Shown here one piece after another: positions 18,403 to 27,902 of a stretch of 64,000 nucleotides of DNA (positions within the stretch are counted from its first letter, which is position 1; each line of letters begins with the position of its first letter). Made by a program: the position numbers and the translations under genes. This DNA is from an uncultured Chlamydiae bacterium. Lineage in GTDB: Bacteria > Chlamydiota > Chlamydiia > Chlamydiales > JAJFMA01. The stretch is from assembly GCA_963713615.1 (NCBI GenBank), contig CAVQMM010000001.1:2752001-2816000 (forward strand). The letters run 5' to 3'. Below the pieces are notes generated by a model that was given only the letters and a program-made list of their open reading frames with translations, made no database searches and was not told where the DNA came from.

Positions 18403-18616
18403 GACGAAACCTTAATTTAAGACGTTTGGGTATTCCCCTGGCAGCTCTCAAAGGTCTGCCAGGGGACGTCATTTTGCCAAATCAGTCCCTTCGATGTAAG
18501 TTATTTGTAGATATAGCTCGCCATCCTACACCACTCCGATCCCCAACGGGCGCAGCGAGTGGGGTACTCTGTGGTAAAATCCTAATCCTTACTCCTCTCC
18601 TACCCCTCTTCCTCTC

Positions 18617-19573
18617 CTAACTCTCCGCTCTGAATTCGGTGATCCACTCTTTGGATCGAGCGTGCGTACCAGCGACAATCTGGGCAAACTTCTCACGCAG
18701 CAGACAACAGACAGGACCTGGACCTAGCAGCTTATCGCCGCATACATCTTGAATCTTGCCGATGCGTCGTCCATCAACAGAGGCCACAAAAGAAACTTGC
18801 ACTGCGGTACCGACCATCATGAGTTCCTGGCAGGTATAGAGGGTTGAGCGATCGATGGGTTCATGGGCGATCTCGTAACCGTCATCCTTAAGCAATTGTA
18901 AGACTGAGCGCAGGGTTATCCCTTCGAGCAACGCCTCTCCTAGGGGTGGTGTAACAATTCTATCACGGTAGACCATGACGATATTGGAGACACTACCTTC
19001 CACAATATGGCCATTATGGTCTTGCATTAGGGCATCGTCATATCCGGCTCTTAAGGCATCCGTGGTAGCCATGGAAGAGTTGACATAACAACCGCCCGCT
19101 TTTGCTTTCGTGGACATGGCATTATCGGAAAATTTATGCCAGCTGGAAATGCCGAGATTAAGACCTTTAGCGGGGTCAAAATAGCTACCCATTTCAACCA
19201 TATAGATCGCCAATTCGAAGGAAAGTCCGGGCATCCGTGGAGCCAATCGTTCTGTAGACGAAAAAATAAAAGGACGAAAATAAACATCACCCTGACATTT
19301 ATTCATCGCAATCATTTTTGCAATAATTCCATGAAACTCTTCATAGGGAAGGTAGAAGCCCATGCCTAAAATCCGCGAGGCATTCATCAGGCGTTCATAG
19401 TGATCCGCTAGGCGAAACACGCGCATGACGCCATCGCGAAAATAGCCTCTGATACCGCCAAAACAGGTCATTCCATACTGGAGACTGTGTGAAGCGATAC
19501 TAATTTTAGCTTGGTCTGCAGGAACAACATTGCCCTGAAAATAGACGAATGGAAGTGTACCTTTCATAAACAT
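18617..19573 (-). CDS. ilvE: branched-chain amino acid aminotransferase (PLP class IV)
   Basis: HSLQYG..CFGGIRGY, KAKAGGCYVNS, EGSVSN, LEGIT, GTAVQV. Confidence 0.9.
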   Translation of the reverse strand: MFMKGTLPFVYFQGNVVPADQAKISIASHSLQYGMTCFGGIRGYFRDGVMRVFRLADHYERLMNASRILGMGFYLPYEEFHGIIAKMIAMNKCQGDVYFRPFIFSSTERLAPRMPGLSFELAIYMVEMGSYFDPAKGLNLGISSWHKFSDNAMSTKAKAGGCYVNSSMATTDALRAGYDDALMQDHNGHIVEGSVSNIVMVYRDRIVTPPLGEALLEGITLRSVLQLLKDDGYEIAHEPIDRSTLYTCQELMMVGTAVQVSFVASVDGRRIGKIQDVCGDKLLGPGPVCCLLREKFAQIVAGTHARSKEWITEFRAES

Positions 19574-19737
19574 AATCCTTGTAACGTGGAGAGGTTATTT
19601 TAGACAAATGATGATTAATTTTGAAGTTTTTACACACCTATATCAGTCAATTTGGTCCATACCCATGTGATTAAGGTATCTTTTATTGCAGAGATATGTT
19701 ATAAATGTGTTTTTAAATCGCAAAAAAGCACGGTAAG

Positions 19738-21363
19738 ATGTCTTTCAAACATTTAAATTTACATCCTGGCATTCTAAAAGCTCTCGAAGAAACCGGATAT
19801 GAGAAACCGACCCTTATTCAGGAACAGGCAATTCCCCAGATTCTGAGTGGGGTAGACCTGCGCGCATCGGCTCAAACTGGGACCGGAAAGACAGCAGCCT
19901 TTATCCTGCCAGCCTTGCACAAGTTGACAACACCATCGGAGCTTAAAGGACGGGGGCCACGAGTCCTGGTACTAGTCCCCACACGCGAATTAGCCCAGCA
20001 GGTCAGTGAAAAGGCCATAGCCTATAGTAAGCACCTTCCACGCATGAGGACAGTATGCATCTACGGCGGTGCACCCTATCCAGTACAAAATCGAGAACTT
20101 TCCCAGCATTACGAGATCCTCGTAGCGACGCCTGGTCGATTAATTGACCACATGGAGCGCGGTAGGATTGACTTTTCGCGACTTGAGCTGCTCATTTTGG
20201 ATGAGGCGGATCGCATGCTAGACATGGGTTTTATTGGTCCTGTAGAACAAATTGCTGAAGCGACTCCTTCAACACGACAGACCCTGCTATTCTCTGCTAC
20301 TCTTAAGGGTAGTGTGATGAGTTTATCACAGCGTCTGATGAATCATCCTATTGAGATTTGTGTGCATGCCGAACGGACCAAGCACGAAGATATCGAACAA
20401 CGTCTGCTGCATGTTGATAATCTCAACCACAAGATCCGACTGCTTGATCACTTGCTTAAGGACACTGAAATCGACCAAGCCATCGTATTCACTGCTACAA
20501 AACGACATGCTGATGAGCTGGTTAATATTCTACTCGAAAAAGGCCATCAAGCTGCTGCCCTGCATGGCGACATGAATCAACGCCAAAGAACCCGCACGAT
20601 GAGCCGCATGCGTGAAGGTAAGTTTTCTGTTTTGGTAGCTACTGACGTAGCTGCTCGAGGGATCGACGTCCAAACGATCAGCCATGTCATTAATTTTGAC
20701 TTACCAGGCAACGCCGAAGATTATGTTCACCGTATTGGCCGGACTGGACGCGCTGGCACAAAAGGAATCGCATGGTCATTTGCTTCAGGAAAAGACTTTG
20801 GTTTACTGCGCGATATTGAACAATTCACGGGGCAAAAGCTGATCGCCCAGGTCATTGAAGGGTTTGAACCCACGACTCGACGTCCTGATAGAGCCCCTCC
20901 TGGCGGAGGCGGAGGCTCGCGTTTTCGTCCTCGGTTCCAGGGTAACGACAGCGGAAGACCACCACAATCCGGACGATCAAATGGCTTTCAGGGAAGACCT
21001 AGATCGAGCCCTCAAGATGAGCCTAGACGGCCCAGTGGTGGCTACCAAGCAAGACCCATCCGATCAGCGGATTCCTATGAGGAACCTCGCCGCTCCACAG
21101 GTTTTCAGGCTAAACCAAGCCGGGCTGCGGCCTACGATGAGCCAAGACGTCCTTCTGGAGGCTACCAAGGAAGGCCTAGCCGTTCCACAGATTCGCAAGA
21201 TGAGCCAAAACGAGCTAGTGGCAACTTTACTAAGGCAAGGCCAAGCCGTACAGTAAGTTCTGGTGAGGAACCAAGGCGCACACCTGGTTTTCAAATAAAG
21301 CCAAAACGCAGAGCTCCTAGCGGCGGCGCTCCAGTAAGAGCCAAGCCCAGATCGCGGGTGTAA
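19738..21363 (+). CDS. DEAD-box RNA helicase (RhlE-like) with repetitive R/G/S/P-rich tail
   Basis: AQTGTGKT, PTRELA, TPGR, DEADRMLD, SAT, ARGID, HRIGRTGR. Confidence 0.95.
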   Translation: MSFKHLNLHPGILKALEETGYEKPTLIQEQAIPQILSGVDLRASAQTGTGKTAAFILPALHKLTTPSELKGRGPRVLVLVPTRELAQQVSEKAIAYSKHLPRMRTVCIYGGAPYPVQNRELSQHYEILVATPGRLIDHMERGRIDFSRLELLILDEADRMLDMGFIGPVEQIAEATPSTRQTLLFSATLKGSVMSLSQRLMNHPIEICVHAERTKHEDIEQRLLHVDNLNHKIRLLDHLLKDTEIDQAIVFTATKRHADELVNILLEKGHQAAALHGDMNQRQRTRTMSRMREGKFSVLVATDVAARGIDVQTISHVINFDLPGNAEDYVHRIGRTGRAGTKGIAWSFASGKDFGLLRDIEQFTGQKLIAQVIEGFEPTTRRPDRAPPGGGGGSRFRPRFQGNDSGRPPQSGRSNGFQGRPRSSPQDEPRRPSGGYQARPIRSADSYEEPRRSTGFQAKPSRAAAYDEPRRPSGGYQGRPSRSTDSQDEPKRASGNFTKARPSRTVSSGEEPRRTPGFQIKPKRRAPSGGAPVRAKPRSRV

Positions 21364-21705
21364 GTCCGGCGGAGTCGCTCGCGACCGCACCGAATTTCCT
21401 ATGTGGCGCAGTCATTCCATGCATAGTGTTGCACACATCTTTTTCTTGACTCACAATGGTATCTCGGCGCGCTGCGCTTTGGGTTCCTTGCGACGGTAAT
21501 GCTAAACGGCGTTGTACGGATTCGGCACCAAACACACTGTAACGCCAAGAAGAGTCAATGCCTCATTAGTTAATTCCTAGCTTTAAATAGCTCTACAATA
21601 CTCATTAGCCACGTGCTCACGGCGTCGTGGCTATTTTTTTTCTCTGATGTTAAGCTGTGTCTATCATAATCGGTCATAAATTGACAAAGATCTCTTTAGG
21701 AACTC

Positions 21706-23451
21706 ATGAAAAGCCTTATTAGCCTATTATTTGACAAATTTTCGCAAGCCATTCAGGCGGCGTATCCCGAACTTGAGCAAATTTGTGTTGAAGTAACGCC
21801 AAGTACGCAGGAAGATTTTGGGCATTATCAATGCAATACAGCCATGAAGCTTGCTAAATCGCTACGTCAGAACCCGCGGCAAGTAGCCGAAAGGATCGTT
21901 GCAAATCTTAATGCCACTAACTTACCCGTTCTGTCTAAAGTTGATGTGGCAGGACCTGGCTTCATTAACGTCACTATTGACACAGCCTACCTAAACCAGG
22001 GGGTTAATATACTAAGCAATGATCCACGCCTAGGGATTGAAAAGCCCAGCCATCCTCAGAAAATTATCGTTGAATTTTCATCTCCCAATACAGCTAAAGA
22101 ACTTCATGTGGGGCATCTGCGCTCCACAATCATTGGAGACTGCCTTGCAAGGCTATTCGAATTCCTGGGTCATGATGTTCTTCGTCTCAATCATATTGGA
22201 GACTGGGGAACAGCCTTCGGGATGCTCATTGCTTACATGAAAGAGGAAGTCCCTGCAGTCTTGACAGGGCAACAGCGCACAGACCTCACACATCTTGTGG
22301 AATGGTACAAGGCATCCAAGCACCGTTTTGACAGCGATGAAGCCTTTAAACAACGTGCACGCCAGGAAGTTGTCAAATTGCAAGGGGGTGACTCAGGCAG
22401 CCTTCACGCTTGGCAGATTATCTGTGGCATCTCCCGTCAGGCCTATCAGGAAATTTATGACCTTCTAGATGTTGCTCTGCAGGAAAGGGGAGAATCTTTC
22501 TATAATCCCATGTTAGCAAGTGTTGTGACAGACTTAGAAGCTAAGGGACTTATCGAAGTCTCTGACGGAGCCAAATGCATCTTTTTAGAAGGCTTTCAAA
22601 ATCGCGAAGGGGAACGTCTGCCCCTCATGGTCCAGAAGAGCGATGGTGGTTACAATTATGACACCACTGATATGGCAGCTATACGCCAGCGCTGCGAGGT
22701 CGAGAAGGCTGACAGAATCATTTATGTCACCGATGCGGGTCAGGCACAACACTTCGCTATGATTTTCAAGGCTGCAGAAAAGGCGGGATATTATAATCCA
22801 GCCAAGCAACATATCGATCATGTAACCTTTGGCCTAGTCTTAGGATCTGATGGCAAAAAGTTCAAAACGCGTTCGGGTGACACCGAAAGACTCATTGATC
22901 TTCTCACCGCTGCGGTCGATAAAGCCGAGGAAATTCTCAAAGAGCGCAACCCTGAGATGGATCCTTCGGAACGCCATGCTCTCGCCAAGGCGCTGGGGAT
23001 TGGTGCTGTTAAATATGCGGATCTATCAACACATCGTCAAGGTGACTACACCTTTAGCTACGACCGCATGCTCCGTTTTGAAGGCAACACCGCGGCATTC
23101 TTGATGTATGCTTATGTACGTGTCAATGGCATCAAACGCAAAGTTGGCATCGATATTGATGATCTCTACGGCAAAGCTCAAATCGAATTAAAACATCCTT
23201 CTGAAATCAGCCTCGGCCTGCACCTCATGCGCTTCCAAGAAATCCTCGATTGGATGGGTAAAGAGCTTCTGCCTAACCGTTTGACGGAGTACCTGTTTGT
23301 GCTTGCTGAAAAGTTTAATGCATTTTTCCGAGACTGCCGTGTCGAAGGTAGCCCGGAAGTGCATTCGCGCCTTCTTCTCTGCGAACTAGTCGCCCACACC
23401 ATCAAGCAAGGCCTTAGCATTCTCGGCATTCAAACAGTCGAACGCATGTAA
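21706..23451 (+). CDS. argS: arginyl-tRNA synthetase
   Basis: VEFSSPN..HVGH, GDWG, KSDG, KFKTRSG, KYADL, FEGNT. Confidence 0.97.
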   Translation: MKSLISLLFDKFSQAIQAAYPELEQICVEVTPSTQEDFGHYQCNTAMKLAKSLRQNPRQVAERIVANLNATNLPVLSKVDVAGPGFINVTIDTAYLNQGVNILSNDPRLGIEKPSHPQKIIVEFSSPNTAKELHVGHLRSTIIGDCLARLFEFLGHDVLRLNHIGDWGTAFGMLIAYMKEEVPAVLTGQQRTDLTHLVEWYKASKHRFDSDEAFKQRARQEVVKLQGGDSGSLHAWQIICGISRQAYQEIYDLLDVALQERGESFYNPMLASVVTDLEAKGLIEVSDGAKCIFLEGFQNREGERLPLMVQKSDGGYNYDTTDMAAIRQRCEVEKADRIIYVTDAGQAQHFAMIFKAAEKAGYYNPAKQHIDHVTFGLVLGSDGKKFKTRSGDTERLIDLLTAAVDKAEEILKERNPEMDPSERHALAKALGIGAVKYADLSTHRQGDYTFSYDRMLRFEGNTAAFLMYAYVRVNGIKRKVGIDIDDLYGKAQIELKHPSEISLGLHLMRFQEILDWMGKELLPNRLTEYLFVLAEKFNAFFRDCRVEGSPEVHSRLLLCELVAHTIKQGLSILGIQTVERM

Positions 23452-23520
23452 AGGATGCCTTTCGTCGTTCAAAGGAATTTGGGAACATTTCTCCAGAAAT
23501 TGTGAAAAATGCTATCGCAA

Positions 23521-23547
23521 ATTGCATTTTACATTGTAAAATGCAAT
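23521..23547. promoter_or_regulatory. perfect palindrome, putative operator upstream of the AAA ATPase gene
   Basis: attgcattttaca-t-tgtaaaatgcaat (13-bp arms), 14 nt before the ATG at 23562. Confidence 0.55.
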
Positions 23548-23561
23548 CGAGGTTGGCAAAT

Positions 23562-24722
23562 ATGCATTATGTTACCCGAAAAATTTCAGCTCCAAGAAGC
23601 AGCTATTTCCTGCTTGGCCCACGTGGGACGGGGAAGTCTACTTGGCTGATTCATAATTACCCTGAAGCAACGCGCATCGATCTTCTATTAGGCGATGAAG
23701 AGCGACGATTAAGTGCCTTTCCTGAGCGCATTCGGGATATTGTGCACAATATGCCCGAGGGATCGACTCTGATTTTGGATAAAATCCAGCGCGTCCCGCA
23801 TCTATTACCGGAAATTCACGCCTTGATTGAAGACCAACGTGACATCCAGTATATTATGACTGGCAGCAGCACCCGAAAACTGCGTCGGTCGGTCAGTGAT
23901 CTTCTGGGTGGTAGAGCGCTAATGCGTCAAATGGGTCCTTTTCTGGCTTCTGAGCTGGGAAATGAGTTTTCTCTTGATAAAGCGCTAAAGATTGGACTGA
24001 TCCCTTTGATTTGGCAATCGACAAATCCTGAGGAACGCCTGAATCATTATCTCAGTCTCTATTTGAAAGAGGAAATTCGGGCAGAGGGACTCGTTCGCCA
24101 GATAGGCGATTTTGCACGGTTCTTGGAGGTCGCGAGCTTTTCCTATGCATCGGTATGGACGACTACAGATATCAGTCGAGAAGCTAGTGTGAAGCGGGCA
24201 ACAGTCGATAACTACTTTCAAATCCTTGAGGACCTCTTCTTAGCCTTTTCCATCCCAGTGTTTACACGCAGAGCCAAGCGACGTCTCGTTGCGCATCCCA
24301 AATTCTACTTCTTCGATGTGGGAGTATTCCGAGCGTTGCGCCCCAGAGGAATTCTGGATAGCGATCGCGAAATAGAGGGAGTTGCTTTAGAGGGTTTAGT
24401 CGCACAACATTTACGCGCTTGGGTATTGGGGCAGCCTGAGCCCCATTCACTCTCTTTTTGGCGCACCCAGACTAAATTGGAAGTCGACTTTGTTATTTAC
24501 GGCCCCCGTGGTTTTTGGGCTATCGAAGTCAAACGTTCGCCTAATTTGGGCCCTGATGATGTAAGAGGTCTTTCGGCCTTTAAAGAAGAATACCCGGAAG
24601 CTCAATGCTTCTTTGTCACAAGAGGAAAAAGAGCAGAAAGTTATCGCGGATTCCCTATCGTTCCTATTGAAGATTTTCTGTTGAGTATCACTCCTGAGGC
24701 GCCACTTCAGCTGCCAGAATAA
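23562..24722 (+). CDS. AAA_14 ATPase with wHTH and C-terminal DUF4143/PD-(D/E)XK-like domain
   Basis: GPRGTGKST, MTGSS, HPKFYFFDVG, FWRT..EVDFV..IEVK; Walker B reads ILDKIQ. Confidence 0.85.
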   Translation: MHYVTRKISAPRSSYFLLGPRGTGKSTWLIHNYPEATRIDLLLGDEERRLSAFPERIRDIVHNMPEGSTLILDKIQRVPHLLPEIHALIEDQRDIQYIMTGSSTRKLRRSVSDLLGGRALMRQMGPFLASELGNEFSLDKALKIGLIPLIWQSTNPEERLNHYLSLYLKEEIRAEGLVRQIGDFARFLEVASFSYASVWTTTDISREASVKRATVDNYFQILEDLFLAFSIPVFTRRAKRRLVAHPKFYFFDVGVFRALRPRGILDSDREIEGVALEGLVAQHLRAWVLGQPEPHSLSFWRTQTKLEVDFVIYGPRGFWAIEVKRSPNLGPDDVRGLSAFKEEYPEAQCFFVTRGKRAESYRGFPIVPIEDFLLSITPEAPLQLPE

Positions 24723-24851
24723 ATATGGTTCTTGGGAAGAATTGGGGGCGGAACGCATCACTTTAGAAGTTAATGGATTAAAAAGTTTAACGCAGAGGCG
24801 CTGAGACGCGGTGACGCATAGACAGTAGCTTCGGTTAAACGCAACGATCTA

Positions 24852-25361
24852 TTATGGAGCATAGAATTTGCGAACTAGAGTTGGCAGATCGGTTTTTGAA
24901 GATTCACCTGCCTCTATTTTCGTAATCAACTCTATAGGTGCAAGCCACAAACCTTCAGTAAAATCATCACGATTAAATTGAGGAGTTGTATTGGCGGATA
25001 TCTCATAAACCTTCATAAAGGCTGACACACCATCTTGCGGTGTCAAATACCCAAGCAATTTCCAGAGAATCTCATCAGCCTTAAGATTCAACTCTTCCGC
25101 TAGTTCTCTTTTGAATGCTTGTTCATAGGTTTCACCGCTCTCAACATGGCCGCCCATGCTCATGTCCAAGCATCCTGGAAATAGCCGTTTATTGAATGAC
25201 CGTCTGGGAATCCAGAGTTGCGCCTGCGAATTTACTAGGAAGGCATTAACGACACGAAAATTAGTAAGTCTTTCGGCATACACCATCGAACGCAGTTTTT
25301 TGCCGATGATTTCATCCCGATTATTGACCAAGTCGAGATACTCATCCATGATCATAGACAA
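24852..25361 (-). CDS. NUDIX hydrolase (YfcD/IDI-like)
   Basis: GGHVESGETYEQAFKRELAEELN Nudix box. Confidence 0.9.
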   Translation of the reverse strand: MSMIMDEYLDLVNNRDEIIGKKLRSMVYAERLTNFRVVNAFLVNSQAQLWIPRRSFNKRLFPGCLDMSMGGHVESGETYEQAFKRELAEELNLKADEILWKLLGYLTPQDGVSAFMKVYEISANTTPQFNRDDFTEGLWLAPIELITKIEAGESSKTDLPTLVRKFYAP

Positions 25362-25786
25362 GACTCTCTCAATTCTTTAGCAAAAGAAACCAATTCTCCA
25401 TGTGGCGAATCAGCCCTACTTCCTGGCCGATAGAGAAAAACACGTGGTTCATATTCGACTATGCCGGCATCACCTGTTTTTCTTGGAACGATGTGTAAAT
25501 GAAAATGTGCGACCGTTTGCCCTGCAGCACTACCTTCATTCCAGGCAAAATTAAACCCTTCAACTTTCAGCGATTGTTGTAGACCTTTGCACACCGTTAT
25601 TTTCAATGAGAAAATGTCTCTCCACTCTTCATCTAAAAGTTCATGACTAAAAGGAATTGAACGTTTTGGGCAGACGAGGGTATGTCCTGGAACAATTGGC
25701 ATCTTATTAAGAAACGCAAACGCATATTTATTTTCAGCAATCATCCTATCGCCAATATCGAAACTATTAAAATCAAAACCAATCAT
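25352..25786 (-). CDS. HIT family hydrolase
   Basis: PGHTLVCPK and AGQTVAHFHLHIVPR histidine triad. Confidence 0.92.
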   Translation of the reverse strand: MIGFDFNSFDIGDRMIAENKYAFAFLNKMPIVPGHTLVCPKRSIPFSHELLDEEWRDIFSLKITVCKGLQQSLKVEGFNFAWNEGSAAGQTVAHFHLHIVPRKTGDAGIVEYEPRVFLYRPGSRADSPHGELVSFAKELRESCL

Positions 25787-26175
25787 GGATTATCCTTTAC
25801 TCATACTCAGCAAATACTTAGTGGTATCATACAGTTTTCATGAATTCCTATTCACGACTTTTCAGCCCTTCACATGGTAGCCACCACCAACTTCCCTCAC
25901 CCTATTCTGACGTGATTTTTGAGTTGCTCTTGGCAGCGGAATAGAGTACGCTCTAACTTGACAATAAAAAATTTTATGCTCTGTCGCATTAGATGACATC
26001 TTCATGGAACTCCCCCTAAAACCTATGAGCTTAACGAAAGGGTGGTATTTGTCTTCCTCGATGTTAATGAGGATGATGCTCTTGATAGGATTTGGATTGG
26101 GTTAGCCCTTCCATCCACTTTCATTTCTGTAACAAGAACTTTTCCACCAACCTTAAAACAAGGATATCAAGTAAA

Positions 26176-27807
26176 ATGTCCAGATTAACGTTATTGTTCG
26201 CTTTCATGTTTACCGCGATGGCGAATGTTGCATTTGGGTTTATGGGTTATGTATCGAATATCAATGATGTAACAGTTAGCGTTATTGATTCAACCAACGA
26301 AACAGTTGTTTCAACAATAACAGTGGGTGGAGCTGGAGGCGCTTATGGAGGCCCAGGAATCGTAGCAATCACTCCAGATGGAACGACCGCTTATGTTCCG
26401 ACCAGTACAAATTTAGTTGTAGTTGTCGATACATTTACCAATAGTGTCACCACAACATTAACAGTTGACAGCACTCCCACCCAAGTCGCAGTAACACCCG
26501 ATGGGACAAAAGTCTACACCTGTAACTTCAGCACTAATGATGTCAGTGTCATAGACACTGCATCTAACTCCGTCATTGCAACAATTCCAGTAGACGCAAG
26601 CCCGAATCTTCTTGCTATTACTCCAGATAGTACGCAAGTCTATATCGCAAACTTCGGCAGCGGGACTGTAAGTGCCATTGATACAGCAACAGATACAGTC
26701 ATTGCGACCATTACTGTTTTCGTTGGGAATTCTGGACCTAATTTTATCGTAATTACCCCTGATGGTTCAAAGGCTTATGTCACAGATTTTGCTGTTCCCC
26801 AAGTGAGTGTTATTGATACAGCGTCTAATACAATCATTTCTACAGTCTCAACAGGGTCGACTCCAGCTTGGGCCGCGGTCACCCCGGACGGTACAACAGT
26901 TTATGTTGTCAATCAAGGGGATAACACTGTCAGTGTGATTGATACGTCATCTAACACTGTTATCGCAACCATTCCTGTCGGGGCTTCTCCAAACTTTGTT
27001 GAAGTAACTCCAGATGGTACAAAAGCCTATGTGGCAAACAATGGAGAAACAAGTGTCAGCGTCATTGATACAGCAAGCAATACGGTGATTGCGACGGTCC
27101 CTGTAGGGAGCCAACCTTCCTGGATTGAGATCACTCCTGATAGCGCACAAGCTTTTGTAGCAAACTATGGCACCAATAATGTGACAGTCATTGATATTGC
27201 TTCAAATACTGTCATCACAACAATTCCTGTTGGTGCTGGGCCTTTTTCTATAGTTTTTGATTCCATACCTCAAGTAACAAATGCGAACCCAACTTCCGGC
27301 TCAGTAACAGGAGGAAATTCGGTCGCGATCACTGGTATTAATTTTACTGGGACCACATCTGTGTTATTCGGCTCTACACCTGCAACAAGTTTTGTTATTA
27401 ACTCAGACAGTTCTATTACAGCTATTGCTCCACCTGGGACCGGAACAGTCGATATCACAATAATAACAACCTATGGAACATCGACTATAACAGTTGCAGA
27501 CAGTTATACTTATACTACACCAGCAGATCCACTTCCGCCTTCAAATTTTATAGGAGTTCTAAAAAAGAACATCTATTTAAATGTGACCGAGTGTTTGCTT
27601 GGGGCAAAATGGGATGCGAGTCTTTCAGCCAATGTAGTCCTGTATCGAATTTATAAAAACGGAGTAGTGGTTGAGGAAATTTCAGCAACATCCCCATTGG
27701 TTTTTGTCACATGTCTTTGGCATTGCTCAGCTACAGGATACGAAATTACCGCTGTCAATTCAAATAACTTTGAGAGTAACCCGGTCGACCTAAGAATAGT
27801 GCATTAA
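26176..27807 (+). CDS. exported YVTN/YncE beta-propeller protein with IPT/TIG domain
   Basis: Signal-peptide-like MSRLTLLFAFMFTAMANVAFG; about 8 repeats of TPDG..YV.N....VSVIDTASN.VIATIPVG; IPT-like P.SGSVTGGNSV.ITG.NF. Confidence 0.85.
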   Translation: MSRLTLLFAFMFTAMANVAFGFMGYVSNINDVTVSVIDSTNETVVSTITVGGAGGAYGGPGIVAITPDGTTAYVPTSTNLVVVVDTFTNSVTTTLTVDSTPTQVAVTPDGTKVYTCNFSTNDVSVIDTASNSVIATIPVDASPNLLAITPDSTQVYIANFGSGTVSAIDTATDTVIATITVFVGNSGPNFIVITPDGSKAYVTDFAVPQVSVIDTASNTIISTVSTGSTPAWAAVTPDGTTVYVVNQGDNTVSVIDTSSNTVIATIPVGASPNFVEVTPDGTKAYVANNGETSVSVIDTASNTVIATVPVGSQPSWIEITPDSAQAFVANYGTNNVTVIDIASNTVITTIPVGAGPFSIVFDSIPQVTNANPTSGSVTGGNSVAITGINFTGTTSVLFGSTPATSFVINSDSSITAIAPPGTGTVDITIITTYGTSTITVADSYTYTTPADPLPPSNFIGVLKKNIYLNVTECLLGAKWDASLSANVVLYRIYKNGVVVEEISATSPLVFVTCLWHCSATGYEITAVNSNNFESNPVDLRIVH

Positions 27808-27830
27808 TAAAGCTCTATTTAGGATATGTC

Positions 27831-27873
27831 GTAACCGTTTACGGGGTAGGAATCCGAGCCCGTGAACGGTTAC
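27831..27873. terminator. stem-loop between convergent genes (terminator or mini-repeat)
   Basis: gtaaccgtttacggg ... cccgtgaacggttac. Confidence 0.45.
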
Positions 27874-27902
27874 AAAATAGAAGGTTTAAAGTCGTTTTTG
27901 AG

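Larger units (their letters stand above)
16634..18568 (-). mobile_element. IS110-family insertion sequence (about 1.93 kb), CT core at both junctions
   Basis: Junctions ctgtgtc-CT-cctaaa (16634) and ggggta-CT-ctgtgg (18567); no long TIRs; encodes a DEDD recombinase. Confidence 0.9.

Noticed and set aside
21364..21560. Possible tRNA or ncRNA after the helicase
   Set aside because: No cloverleaf or T-loop motif; it consists partly of degenerate REP fragments
25880..26170. Possible riboswitch or promoter upstream of the YVTN gene
   Set aside because: TTGACA lacks a correctly spaced -10 and no known aptamer motif was recognised
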